Assembly: GCF_006345805.1 (NCBI RefSeq)
Contig: NC_043004.1
Coordinates: forward strand, 56,048,001-56,112,000
DNA from: Octopus sinensis
Lineage: Eukaryota
Direction: 5' to 3'
Length of the DNA: 64,000 bases
A model generated the notes under the pieces. That model saw only the letters and a list, made by a program, of their open reading frames with translations. It searched no databases and had not been told where the DNA came from. This document shows, in pieces, positions 24,526 through 38,309 of this stretch. Within the stretch, counting starts at the first letter, position 1, and every line of letters starts with the position of its first letter. The position numbers were made by a program, and so were the translations under genes.

Positions 24526-24527
<2 letters not shown>
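24254..24527. repeat. Near-perfect inverted repeat with 101-bp arms and a 72-bp spacer
   Basis: 24254-24354 is the reverse complement of 24427-24527, with one mismatch seen. Confidence 0.95.
24394..24476 (+). ncRNA. Type I hammerhead ribozyme (Penelope/retrozyme-like)
   Basis: Stem I CTTTC/GAGAG. Core CTGATGA at 24399-24405. Stem II GAAGGC.GCATA/TATGC.GTCTTC. GAAAC at 24460-24464. Palindromic stem III AC-ATAT-GT. Cleavage triplet GTC at 24469-24471. Confidence 0.8.
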
Positions 24528-24558
<31 letters not shown>

Positions 24559-24580
24559 TATATATATGTATGTATATATA

Positions 24581-24990
24581 CACAGAAGCAAAACGCCCCC
24601 ACGTCCAATGGACGGTGCTGAATTGTCTTGTCAGATATCTAAACCAAATTTTCTCAAAGCAGCTTGTCCGTTCGTCCCATAGGCCTTCCCTTTGAGAAAC
24701 ATTGATTTAACCTAAATTTGAGACACCAAACAGGCCGGCTTTTTTTGCGCAAACTGCACGTGCATTTTTCTCGCGTACGTGAGATCTACTTGAACGCACA
24801 AATTCATGTTCACACAGCTTTATCGATCGCATTCTCACCTGGAATCGATTTTTGTAACTCTTTAGGGATTCATACACGCCCTGATACCGTCGGTATCTAC
24901 GTATCAAATTTGAGCGCAATCGGATGGAGGATGCCCGAGATCCTTGATGACACACACACAGACAGACAGAACGGATTTTATATATAATAT
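24581..24990 (+). mobile_element. Helentron/HINE-like non-autonomous element remnant
   Basis: The 3' end AAATTTGAGCGCAATCGG...(CA)n(GACA)n...TTTTATATATA resembles HINE/DINE-type ends and the 3' end of 48466-49331. Confidence 0.4.
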
Positions 24991-25015
24991 ATATATATTC
25001 ATATATTTATAGATG

Positions 25016-25137
25016 ATTTACATTATTTACATTTGGCGGATATTGTCCTCATCTTGTTTGTTGTTAACGTTTCGGCTGGAGGGTATAATAATAAACAGGA
25101 TGAGGACAGATGTCCGTCAAATATAAATAATGTAAAT
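25016..25137. repeat. Foldback element with about 50-bp imperfect arms (Penelope pLTR-like remnant)
   Basis: ATTTACATTATTTACATTTGGCGGATATTGTCCTCATCTTGTTT pairs with AAACAGGATGAGGACAGATGTCCGTCAAATATAAATAATGTAAAT. The spacer holds a half hammerhead (minus CAGCC-GAAAC-GTT). Confidence 0.75.
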
Positions 25138-25268
25138 AATGTACATAATTCCTCATCTCTTAAATATAGAACTGTATTCATATATTTATATATATGTGTT
25201 ATGTATGCATATGTGTGTAGTGGGGTAACATTAAACTCACCGTTTCTTTATTGAATAAATATAGTGAA

Positions 25269-25315
<47 letters not shown>

Positions 25316-26415
25316 TATATATTAACACATTAAAGCAATGCTAGGTGCCAGCATTAATTTTATTTCATCAGTTCAATGTACCTCTATAAGTAATGAGACA
25401 CTATTAAGATTCCTAATATATCAGAGATCGGCTATAAAAAGAAATACTTAATTCTTTGATAAAATAATATTTGGAGACACTCGGCGTCATTTGGAACTCG
25501 AAGCCGGAAGAAATTTTAGTCACACCAGAGTTCATTTAGGTTTGATTTTCCGGAAGGATAAACATTGCTATGCTCTAAATTTAAGTAGGAAATAAAAAGA
25601 GAAACGACAAATACTACATAAAAGAAAAAAGAAAGACGGGGAATAATTGTCTCTGACAAGTATAAAAAAGGCAATATTTTTCTCTCGGAAAATATACATT
25701 AATACTTCATGTGATATTAAGACATTATCTTATCAATATTGTCTGGCAGATCTGCCATGTAATATCTGGCTACCAATCAAATTTACGTCCGAAAAAGATA
25801 CACCAAATTACAGAGTTTTTTTCTATAATATAATAAAATCATGATTATATTCGGGCCCGGCATTTGGCAAATGATATGATGGATTTACAGTTGAAAATTT
25901 TCTCTTCAAGTCAAAGAGTCTGGGAAAGTTTTCTTTTTGAAGAGAAGACAATCAGCGTTAAACATGTATGAAAGTTTTCCCCTCTGCAGCATGGATATTG
26001 TTTGTCCAAGAGTATATCTGTTGCAGCTTGGTTGGAACACAGCAGCAGTCGTTGCTGTTACAACACAAAGAACTGGAACAGTTACCGCTGTCTAAAAGTC
26101 CCACCTTCCCACTCTGTTTTACTGGTAACTACTTAATCATTAATTAGTGATTATAATTTAATCAAGCATTTTTGATACTTATTTCAGGCAGCTGTTGCTA
26201 GTTGACGAAGAGCTTCTCAGAGTACATCTTTGTACACTTGCCCCGCCCCATCAAAAACGAGTTCTTATAAAGCAAATAAAAATGCTTTACTAAAACTGTA
26301 CACGCATACACACACAGAAACTTCTAGAAGAACACGGGGCATGGCTACATGACATCATTTGCACAATCTTATTGCAACCTTCTTTTGGTCAACAAACTTT
26401 TTTATCTGTGACATC

Positions 26416-27453
26416 ATGGTGAAGGTGCAGGAGCACAGTTCTGACTTAAGGAAGAAGATGGACTTCAGGAAGAAGATAGGACTACAGCTCACGCAGCTGT
26501 AGATGGTTATAAGACAATATCTAAGAATTTCAATATAGTTATATCAACTGTTCGCAACATAATCCTAAAGTATCGAGATACCAGTTTGTTGGAGAACAAG
26601 ATTGAATGCATAGCAAAGAAACTATTTGCAGAACGAGATGAAAAGATGCTTATTAAAATGATGAACAGTGATCCTAAGATAACAACTACAGCGAAGAAAG
26701 CCAGTTTGACAGCTATCTGTGTTCATGCTCCAAGATCAACGGTTACTCGAAATCTGAAAAGGGATAGCTTGAAGGCATGCCGTCCCTAGAAGAAGCCATT
26801 GTTGGAGAAGAAGAAGCACTTAAATGCCAATTTAAAACTTACGAGGGACTTTCCGAAGAAGCCTGAACATTTTTGGCACTCTATTCTGCGATGTGACGAA
26901 ACCAAATTCGAGATATTTGGTCACAAGGATAGGACTACTGTTTGGAGGAAAAGAGAAGTCTACAATTTTAAGAAAACCTTCTCTACCTACAAATAAGGAG
27001 GATGCATAATAATGCTGTAGAGTTCTTTTTCTGCTAAAGGCATTGTAAAATTTATTTCGAATTGAAGGAACGATGGAAACAGAAAATTGTGTCGAAATTT
27101 TGAATGAAAAACCTGAACTCTTTTACAAAGCAGCCGGGATTAGAAGCCGTTGGATCATCAGGGAAGATCCCAATGATCCCAAGTATACCTCACCTTTAAT
27201 CCAAGATTGGTTGAAAGAAAACAAGATAGATGTACTTTCTTGGCCAGCTCAAAGTCTTGTGTCAAATCCAATAGAAAATTTATGGAACTAAAGAAAAGCG
27301 TGACCGCAAGAAGGCAATGTGATTTGAAGTAACTGGAAGAATATATGATTGAAGAATAGGATAAAATTCCTTCTGAAGGTAAATGAAAATTGTCATCGCA
27401 GATTGAAGGGAGTTATTAAGCATAAAGGATACACTGCTGATCATCAATCATTG
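26416..27453 (+). pseudogene. Tc1-family transposase pseudogene
   Basis: N-terminus MVKVQEHSSDLRKK. Motifs FWHSILRCDETKFEIFG, EDPNDPKYTS and WPAQSLVSNPIENLW (DD34E type). Multiple stops and frameshifts. Confidence 0.9.
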
Positions 27454-27679
27454 AATGGTGTAGAGCTACCAATAATTTTGAGCCATCTCATTATTTTGCT
27501 TTAATGTTTTGCTTGTAAAAAATAAATGGCTTTGTAAATTTAACCTTTGTTTCATATTCCTTAAGCATATGTGCCTACATTGATCAAACATTATTTATGT
27601 AGACGCTAATTTTAGGGAGAAATTCAATAAAAATCCACCTTTGACAAGGGTACCAACAGTTGTGCGCATCAGGGTATGT

Positions 27680-27724
<45 letters not shown>

Positions 27725-27728
27725 CAGG

Positions 27729-27762
<34 letters not shown>

Positions 27763-28911
27763 CAAAAAATAAAACATATGCATATATATATACATATATG
27801 TACGTACCTACCTCTACATGTATATATACACGCATATATGAGTACAGGACACCCAAAAAATGTCGAACACAATGAGAAACGAAAACATAGACACAAACCC
27901 AAGGAACTGGACATTTTTCTTAAACAACAAAAAAATAGGGTACAGGATAAATAACACAAGGAAAAAACCCCTTCTTCAGTCGCCATGGTTTCATCTACTC
28001 TACCTTTCGAAGGTGATATATATATGTGTATGTTATGTATGTGTGTGTATGCGTGAGTGTGTGTATGTGAGTGTGTGTGAGTGTGTGAGTATATATATAT
28101 CTTTGGCACAGTGTGTATTTCCCTCTATTCGTAAAAGAATTACGATACAAAAATTATGCTTTGATAGATATCTGTTTCAATTTCAATTCGTCGTAATAGC
28201 TGATTCGATTTGAGAATCAGTAATTCAGATCCCGTAAGTAATACGATTTTGTACCTTGTAAAATCTGACACAACTTATCACACATCTCTGACTGTAGATC
28301 AAAGCTTAATATAAGCCAATATATTTAACCATGAGTTTCATAACATGGGACATATCTAATTCGTTGTAGAGCAGGATTTGTGTTTTTGAGTATCTAAAGA
28401 CGCTGTTAAGACGCTTGAATGGGTTTTGAAAGACTTGAACGTTGCATCAAACATTTGTCTACTCTTCTAAAATCATGGAATCAAGTTCCTAGACATTAGA
28501 AGCGTTTCGAATGGTTGCTGTAATACTTGTCAGCTTACCACAGAAACGTAAATTTAATAACAGATATAATTCTAAGTTGAAGTATGCTGCTGATAATTTG
28601 ATCACTTATCACAACATTGCTCTAATACAATTATCCTTCTATTAACCACATGATACACCAACGATTCATGAAATTCTCCGTAAATCAATCTTCTTGTTAA
28701 AGCATTTCAACTGAAATAATTCATGAGGAAACGTTTATAACCAAGTAATGTTTCTCTCAGTCATCGGATTGATTAACTTTCAAGATACAATTCGATTTCA
28801 GAACTATAAATTATAAAATTATTTATCGCATTTAAGCCAGTTCAGTACTTTTCCATCTAATTTCCATCCTTTTCTTGGGTTTCAAACCAACATATTGGTC
28901 TGGTGAAGTTT

Positions 28912-29080
28912 GAGCCATGGGCAAATTGCGGCCCATGGGATTTTTAAGTGGTACGCCTAACGAAAAATAAACTTGGATGTTTTTAGTAGTGTGAACAGCA
29001 TGATGATAAATTATAGTTCGAAGAACATGATGAATTAAGTCTCATGCGGCCCGCTTCTCGAAAAACGTTGTCCATACCTG
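28912..29080. mobile_element. hAT/Charlie-like MITE remnant
   Basis: Ends AGCCATGGGCAA and TTGTCCATACCTG, with repeated TGCGGCCC subterminal motifs. Confidence 0.5.
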
Positions 29081-29141
29081 GCTTTAGATTGTCACTGAAG
29101 GGATTCTGCTAACAACAGTAATACAAGATGAAGAATGGATG

Positions 29142-29526
29142 GAAGCACTCCGTCGGTTACGACGATGAGGGTTCCGGTTGATCCAAATCAATGGAACAGC
29201 CTGCTCGTGAAATTAACGTGTAAGTGGCTGAGCACTCCACAGACACGTGCACCCTTAACGTAGTTCTCGGGGATATTCAGCGTGACACAGAGAGTGACAA
29301 GGCCGGCCCTTTGAAATACAGGTACAACAGAAACAGGAAGTAGGAGTGAGAGAAAGTTGTGGTGAAAGAGTACAGCAGGGATTACCACCATCCCCTGCCG
29401 GAGCCTCGTGGAGCTTTTTAGGTGTTTTCGTTCAATAAACACTCACAACGCCCGGTCTGGGAATCGAAACCGCGATCCTATGACCGCGAGTCCGCTGCCT
29501 TAACCACTGAGCCATTGCGCCTCCAC
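29142..29526 (-). mobile_element. SINE family 3, full length with 16-bp TSD
   Basis: Near-identical to 4047-4427. TSD ATACAAGATGAAGAAT at 29121-29136 and 29527-29542. Confidence 0.92.
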
Positions 29527-30379
29527 ATACAAGATGAAGAATAGTCTTGACTTAAAGGTTTTTCTTTACGGCCATTGCTTCACCACTTTGTTTTCTCTTA
29601 GATGGAATATCATTGTATAATCTTATTAAGAAAATTTTTTTACAGAGAATATACCTCCTACATAAGGAATAACAAATCTAAGTTCAGAGACTCACTAGTG
29701 TACATAAAAGTGAGATGCTGATTTACACTTTTTGAAAAGGTTAAAAGACTGATGACTGCATTCACTTTCTTTAACATTGTGCGGGGACTTAATCGAAGTT
29801 CAAAATGTGATGATGGCTAACAGAAGTAAGCAGAAATAGAATTATTTGATGCATTTGTTGTATTTTGCATAGAGTTACTGTGGAGTTATTAAATACAAAT
29901 GGTTGTTTTCAATGTCTCGACAGTACATTCGTATTTTTATGGTATTTTCTTTGTGTACTCCATTTCTTAAATGATTTATTTTATAACATCAGATATTTTT
30001 CGTAGGTTTTAATTGTATAATTTTCATAAAATATATCCACTTCTCCTCTCACTGTAACTCATACTACTGCTATTTCTACACAAACACCATTACCATCATC
30101 GCGCTCTACAAAAAAACAAGCAAAAGCAACAATAAAAAATAACTCTGAACAAAAAAAAAAACGTTCCTCAAAACATAATTTCTATTGTCTGGAAAATGTT
30201 TTGAAATATATGTCTGTTATTATTAAAGGAAGATAATAACTAATCTAGTCTAGGTGACAGGAAGAGAAAAACACGTTCTATCGATATAAAAAAAAATAAA
30301 GAAATGGTAAACTGTTGGAAATAAGACAAAACGAAGTTAATATAATGGAAATTGATTTATTGCGATGATAACTTAATGC

Positions 30380-30439
<60 letters not shown>

Positions 30440-30749
30440 AGGCGCGATTATTTTAGTTTGGAAGCCAAAAACAAAGACAGAACAACAATAATAAAAAAAT
30501 GACTATCATATAACGGAAGTGTGTTTGTTATATTCTTGTTTATAAATTACAAATCTGTATATTGTGATAATTACAAAGATTAGTTGTGGCAGAGTTGCAT
30601 ATAGAGGGATACAATATAAATTGTGGCATTGAATCAGTTTTCAGATCGTAAGCAAATTATTCCATTATCATCTGTCCCACCTACCCAACGTACTTGATTG
30701 CTTACATAGAAATAAAAGGAGATATAGATGAATGTAAAGCGACACTATA

Positions 30750-30830
30750 CAGGCATACCTCAACTTACGTCAGTAACTGGTTCCAACAAGACATGCGATA
30801 TAACTTGAAAGATATCGTAACACGATAAAA
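30750..30830 (+). mobile_element. Tigger/pogo-like terminal fragment
   Basis: TA followed by CAGGCATACCTC, the Tigger-type TIR start. Confidence 0.45.
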
Positions 30831-31137
30831 CATTTTAAAAGAATAATATTAGCGTATGTATGCATTAATAAATGGTTTGTACATATTTTCGCATGTATTT
30901 TATTTGATCTCCACTTCAGTATTGGATTTTAGGTGTTTTTAAAGCTTTTATGCGTTTAAATATATTTGTTGTTCCGAAGTGAAGTGGGATAAATTGACAG
31001 AAATTGAAGTATATTTTTCCAATATTTTCTTTAGAATACGACGTATTTAGAAAAGGAAGAATCTCGAAGCAATGTAAGCTGAGGTTTGCTTGTAAAAGGA
31101 AATATATATAACTGGGAGTTTTATAAGCAAAACAATA

Positions 31138-31310
31138 GGAGGGAGTGTTCAAAAGTTCCTAGCTTTGGATAAAAAGGAAATACAGGAGGATCAGTTATTC
31201 ATAATTTTATTCATCATATTCCCCTCTCGGATTCACACACTTCTTGCAGAGGTCCCTCAAATTCTCTAAGCCCTATAAAAGAACTTAGAAGGTCGGGCCT
31301 CCAACCAGGG
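31138..31310 (-). mobile_element. Mariner 3' end fragment
   Basis: TIR-like GAGGGAGTGTTCAAAAGTTCC. Minus strand encodes ...KKCVNPRGEYDE, the mariner C-terminal motif. Confidence 0.65.
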
Positions 31311-31654
31311 ACCTTTCAGCACCTCATCGAAGATATTAGCGGAAATTAAAATGTTGAGATTCATGGCGACCAAATAGGAATGGAGATAAAACGTTACAAC
31401 TAACATAAATATATGTTGCTGTCAAAAAAGGGAAGAAAACATTGTATTCTGAGGTAGGTAAGGCGATATAAAGGTCTATAAAAGTTCGATAGGTCTTTCA
31501 GATCTATAGAATAAGGCAAGAAGTATAAAAAATGAAAATCAACACTACATACTCAAAAATCAAGAGTAACTGAAATCTTTCTGAACTTTGAATTCATTAT
31601 GAAGTCTTTTAGAGTTCACATAACGATTATTTTATTATATATTTCTGACGCTTA

Positions 31655-31850
31655 AAGTAGCGAGCTGGCAGAATCGTTAGCATGTCAGGCAAAATATTAG
31701 CGACATTAAGAATTAAAATTTCGTCGATGTCATCTTTGCCTTTTCACCATTTCGGTTCGATGAAGTAAGTACCAGTTGAATATAGGGGCCAATGTAATCG
31801 ACTTACCATCTACTCTAAAATTGCAGGCCTTGTGCCAAAATTTGAATTCA
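31655..31850 (+). mobile_element. SINE family 2, degenerate
   Basis: GCGAGCTGGCAGAATCGTTAGC head and AAGTACCAG core. Confidence 0.75.
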
Positions 31851-33012
31851 ATATATTTTGGAAATTTTTCCTTCGAGCTATACGATTCAAAGAATAGCAA
31901 TATCTTTCGACGAGCTTTTCAATGGTTTTTAAGAACTTATTCATAAAGTTCAAATGTGGATAATTGATTTCTGTTCTTTACGTAATGGTCATAGATGAAC
32001 TGTTAATTTAGGTTGAACTGAGAATTTAGAATACATTTAGAATACGTATCCTAACTGTTTGAAAGTTGTTGCTGAGCTATGAAAGATGAGAACAAATGCT
32101 TTGGAGGATCTTGTTCTATGTTGAACTTAAGCATACTAAATGTAAGTGACGGGAGAGAAGTACAAAATAACCACACTTTCACACCGTAAGAAAGTGTAGG
32201 ATCTTTATTATTTCCTTTTTCCAGAATCGTTACAGTGGTGGTTAAAGTTTATTAAGGCATTTGTTCTAGTTGAAATCTTGTCGAGGTCAACTTTGAATTT
32301 CATTCTTTGGTATGAAGTACGTAAAGCTCGAGACAGAGATATTAATAGGTTGACGGACTAAGGTGAGTAATATGTACAATAATGCTGGTTTTGAAAATGA
32401 ATATATAACTAAATATTAAAAAGATAAAACATCTCGGTTCTGTACATGTACCAGCGACTGTATTGGACGAAGGAAGATATTTTAAAGCAAGCTGAAGCGG
32501 CTTTAGATGACTGGTTCTTTACTAGTGCCCTATTTAGGTACTTTGTGGGCTCAAAAGAAGACGGTAAATATCAAAGCGGTTTTATAGACCATGTTAAGTT
32601 TTTATGAGGGTGATAATTTATGTTAGAAATAAGATGTATTTTAAGGATATTTTGTCGGAATTAATACATGAATGGGACATTATGTTATCAGTAATAAAAA
32701 GAAACATGATTGATAATTCATGAAGGTCCAATATAATATATTTATCTTAGTTATTCTTTTATAGTAATTTCCATAAAAATTTAACAAAATTGGTATTCTT
32801 TACGTAAATATCAAGTAAACAACGCATACCGGATGTGACACTATAAGAAAATTTGAACAATAATCCACTATGCCAAATTAGTTGATTAAAAGATATCGCG
32901 AGGCATAAAAACCGAGATCCGTTGCTTTAGACGGATGCAAAATTCTGAATAGAATTGATATGGATGGGAGAAGTACAGAGTAACTAGCATACTTTCACAC
33001 TGTCAGAAAATG

Positions 33013-34250
33013 CGAGGGTCGGCTGAAAAGCTCATAGGCTGACCAAGATACTCTAATGCAATGTGGTCAAATGAGGTTTATTTTTTGAACACAGGGCCCC
33101 TTGAAGTCCACACATTTTTTCCATCGGTGTTGCAGTGTCTTGGATCTCATTAGAGAAAAAGGTTTCATCTTGTCAAATTAGTCATCAGCAGATATGACGT
33201 CATCGTCACTGCGATTCTGGTACCCAGCCAAGTATTTTTTAAAGTTGGGAAATAGATGATAGTCAGAGGGGCCAAAATAGGATGATGAACTAGTTCAAAG
33301 CCACTGTTAGCCATTGTAGCCATTCGAAATAGGGACATGTGTACTGCAGCATTGTCTTGATGAAACATGACCTTTTCCATCAGATTTCTTGGGCATTTGG
33401 TCTTCATAACTTTTCCTAACTGCCTCAGAAAATTTGCATAGCATTCTCCATTGAATGTGTGGCCCTTTTGAAAATAATCAATAAGCACAAAACCTTCTGC
33501 ATCCCCCAAAACTGAGGCAGATAAAACGACATGACCTTCTTTGGAGCAGCTGTGGGAGGTAGTTTCCACTATATGGATTGTCTCTTTGTATCTGGTTCAA
33601 AGGGATGAACACCCACACTCATCCTGGGTTAGGAAACGCTCAAGGAAATCAGCCAAACAATATCAGATATTCCAGTGATTTGATTAGACTAGGGCTCTTT
33701 TGATCAGGTGTCACAAGACATGGTGCCCAACGAGCAGAAACCTTCGTCATGCCATGTTCATTGTGTAGAATATTCTCAATTCTCTCACATGAAATGCTAA
33801 TAACATTAGGTATTTGATCTATAGTCAGTCGCTTGTTATCCATCACCATATGGTGAATACAATCAATATTTTCCTCGGTGGTGGCAGTTGCAGGACTTCC
33901 AGACCTTGAGTCAGCTACAAGACTCTCCCTTCCCCTCAGCTGCCCGTTTTCCACTGTTGATAAATCTTGATCGTCATCTATTGTACTGACCATGTCAACA
34001 TGAACGTGCTTGGGGGCTAAAGCCTTTTTTTTATAGATAATTGATAACGGACGGTACCTAATTTTATTTATTTTCGAGTAAGGTCGCTACTAGTTACATT
34101 TAAACTGTTATTTAAACAGTCAAATGTCAGTTTACTTGGGAAAGCAATTCAGTTATCAATATCAAGGGTTGAAGGTAATGCATGCGTGGTTTCACTGCTC
34201 TAGCATCATTCTTACACGGTCAGACTATGGACCTTTTCAGCCTATCCGCG
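33013..34250 (-). mobile_element. Full-length degenerate mariner element
   Basis: TIRs at 33013-33044 and 34218-34250, with TA at 34251. ORFs 33649-33993 (TKVSARWAP) and 33165-33569 (LIDYFQKGHT, FHQDNA, LAP). Confidence 0.92.
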
Positions 34251-35168
34251 TATAGGAAACTTTGATTTACTTTTCAGAGTCATTACAGTGCCGAAGTCAA
34301 TTTTGTATTTCATTCTTATGATACATAAAGTACCCGTTAACTCTGGTGAGCTGGTAGAAATTTTACAACATCAAATGATTTGCATTTTTTGTATCAGTTC
34401 TGGTTCTTTGCATTACAAGAGTACATTCTGGCTAAAAATATGAATCCCATCAATAGTCATGTCCGCATCCCTCACTTAATAAGGTATCAAAATAGACAGG
34501 AATAGATTGCTTCTCTAGCGACTTTATGTATTCAGTAGTGAGACCTTCCATCGTTTCAACAATGTAGGTGTGTCTTTGTTATACAAGCTTTGAAGAATAG
34601 GAATTATGGGGAACGAACTCAGGGACAATTACACCACACGAAGCAAACTCACTAGCAAATGTCTTCAAGATTTCAGAAGAAAGCTAGAATGAGGGAGAGA
34701 GAGAATGTGGAGAGGAAAGTAAGGAAGAGAGATTATAGAAGCAGGGAAATAGGCCTGTTACAAAAATATACGTAACGAAGTATTTGCATAAGAAATTTTC
34801 TGATGAATTATGAGAAATTCAATGGACAAAAAAAATGCTAAAAGTAAAAGGAGAAATAAGAAGAATATCGAGGTAGAAAAAAAGAAAGAAAGAAGGAAAG
34901 GAAAAGGGGGGTGGGGGGATTAAAAATGTTGTAAACAGAAAAGTAAATGAACAAAGTAAGAAAATGTTAGAACGTTGGAAGTATGAGAATAAAATAAAGT
35001 TCGACAGGATTGAAAGAGGACATGAAATAAATCAAGACGCGGTCAAATACCCTTCAAGACTAAGTCAGAAACATATATTTAAAGAGCTATATAGAGCTTC
35101 ATGTAGCTATACTGTGTTCCTATACACATACATTCAAACGAACTAACAAACGGGCGTACATACATACA

Positions 35169-35251
<83 letters not shown>

Positions 35252-35904
35252 ATATATATATATTCATATGTACATACACACACACATATACGTATATGTA
35301 TATAAATATAATCACACACACGTACACACTCATATATATGCGTATGTGTATATATATATATATAATTTATTTGCGTATAAATGCATATTTCTGAGGATAT
35401 ATATATATGCATGTATGTGTATACATACTCATATGTATACACATCAAAGGATGAATTTAATGCAAGTTCACAGGCACGTGTGCACGCTCATAGATGCAAA
35501 TATAATGAGAGAGAAAGAGCAAGGGATAAAGATAGTCCACTATCTCTCTCTTTCTCTCTCTATCCCTCTCTCTCTATCCCTACACACATGTACATATACA
35601 CACACACATATATATATATAGACACACGCACACACAGTGAGAACAATAGACGGAGAACTAGAAAAGAGAAAGTAATGAAGAAAACTACATAGGGAAGTAA
35701 AAAGATAGATTCCGAGCAAGCAAGACATGCAGACAGACTTAAATAAAAATCGTGAAATGAGAAATAGACAAGTATTGGGAAAGGTGAGGAAATAGAGAGC
35801 AAATGAGAGCAAATGGAAGAGGAAAATATAACGGAGGAGAAAGGCCAAACGAGAATGAAATCTTCGACAAATATAGAAACAAAATGAAATCAAACATACC
35901 TTTA

Positions 35905-35907
<3 letters not shown>

Positions 35908-35990
<83 letters not shown>
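35908..35990. repeat. (TATC)n microsatellite
   Basis: Direct inspection. Confidence 0.95.
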
Positions 35991-35995
35991 AGATA

Positions 35996-37400
35996 GATGA
36001 GAGACAAACAGTATCAGAACGACTCAGTAATTTCACTGCTTAGTAAAACAATATTCTTTTCTCCGCATAAAGATAGAAGAGAAAGACTTTAACGACATCT
36101 GATGATGATGGCGGCGACTACAATAATAATAATAATAACAATAATAATCCTTTCTACTAAAGGTACTTAATTTATCGACCTCGATAAGATGAAAGTGAAG
36201 GTGAAACTAATGATTATGATACTCTAAAAATGAGCATAATCAAAGAATTGAAGAACATCGATCTCTGTATGGACCCCCGATGTACTTTACAAAAATTAAA
36301 ATTGATAATGAAACATCAATAATGAATAGCATGAACCTGGTCGTCACAGAACTAATAGCCTCCGAAACAAATGTCAATATGACAAGGCTAAATGGTATAA
36401 TATATGCATCAGCCTCTGTGGCCGCAGAAGCTGGATACCCCCTAAAACCCATTCAAGCTGGAGCATCACCACCCAAACAAACCCCGTGGATAAATAATAT
36501 CCAGAAAACAATGGAAAATAAGAGAAATGATCTGTCAATCCTTAATGAAACTGGCAGACAATCAACACTACTAAGCAACAAAACGAGAAGAAAAGTATTA
36601 CATAAATGCAAAATTACAGACGAAGGTACACCTGAGGTAAAAGAACAGCTAAAGCAAAATATCCTCACCAAGCACAAAGAATTCGTCAACGTTTCTTTGA
36701 ACAAAACAAACAGTTCAACTCCAACCTCAAAAACTTGATAAAAATAAAATAGAGATTAATGCATCACTAACAGCAGAAATGGAAGAATTTTGGAAACAAA
36801 TATGGTTGGCGAAGGAACAACTTCAGGAAAGATCTATCAAAACACAGCCCCTGAACAACTCTAGACCTCTATAACAATTGAAGAAGTCACCCAGGCACTG
36901 CTAAAACTAAGCCACTAGAAGGCAGCCGGGCACATGATCCCCGAACCGAACACAAAAAGCTGGCTGAGAATTTTAATGAAATACTAGCAGAGTTAGAGAC
37001 AATGCCTGAATGGCTCACAGAAGAGAAAAATATCCTAATTCCCAAATTCGCTGAAAAGGCAAACCTTCAAAATTACAGACTGATAACTTGTTTCTCTACA
37101 ATTTACAAAGCCTTTACTGCAATAATATCGCAGAGAATCAGCAAATATCTGGAAGAAAACAACCTGTTTCCAGAAGAGCAGGAGGGTTGCTGCAAGGGCT
37201 CCCACGGCTGTAAAGATCAGCTACTGATCAATAAAGGCATTACTTGAGACAGCCGCAGAAAGAAAAAGTGTCTACGTATGGCCTGGATCGATTACCGAAA
37301 GGCGTTTGATTGTAGTCCCCACACATTGATCCTAGAAACACTAGCAATGAACAAGGTAGCACCAATAATCATAAAACGTATAAAATATCCTATTAATAAA
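35996..37400 (+). repeat. 1.4-kb near-identical duplicate of 38098-39503 (flank plus 5' part of an old R4/Dong LINE)
   Basis: The 81-aa ORFs at 37002 and 39105 are identical. Differences are mostly single-base indels. Confidence 0.9.
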
Positions 37401-38309
37401 TATCTATCTATCTATCTACTGGAAAGATCCAGAGAATGGAAGACAGAGGAAAAAATCGCCAACGGTACACACGAGGTCACATAAACATATATATGCATAC
37501 ATACATGCATACACATTGACACATACAGAGCATACTCAGACATATACAAATGAAAAAAAGAACAAAACAAACAAACAAGCATAAGTTACAATTGTCAGTG
37601 ATATTTCGGATGTTTGTTCCTCAGAAATTATTACCTTCCTATCAATTTTGAAAAAATATAATTTTTAATTCCCTAAATTTAACACTGAACCCAAATTTTG
37701 GCCCATATTACGCTTTCCATAAATCAAAATGCGCTCGCAATACAAATATAAAAATATGCTCACCCTAAATCTATGATAAATGCCCTTGCTATTAAGCATA
37801 TCAATTAAGATCTTCAATCTTTCAGCTCATCAACTAATTTTCAATGTTAATGCAAACTGAAAAGTAGCTGTAGGATAGAATGACCTATTAACCAACACGA
37901 AACGAAAACGTGCAGAAAATCATGCAAGTTTTCCTAATACTACTTTTACTCTCAAACAGAGACTATAGCTTTGACTATAAGAATAGCCAAAAATATTGGT
38001 GTTTCAACTACAGTGGACAACTAAAAATCTGAAATATAAATAGTAAGCCATCAAGTGGAAATTTAGATAAATACTAAGCTAAACCGGTGATGGAACCGAT
38101 GAGAGACAAACAGTATCAGACGACTCAGTAATTTCACTGCTTAGTAAAACAATATTCTTTTCTCCGCATAAAGATAGAAGAGAAAGACTTTAACGACATC
38201 TGATGATGATGGCGGCGACTACAATAATAATAATAATAACAATAATAATCCTTTCTACTAAAGGTACTTAATTTATCGACCTCGATAAGATGAAAGTGAA
38301 GGTGAAACT

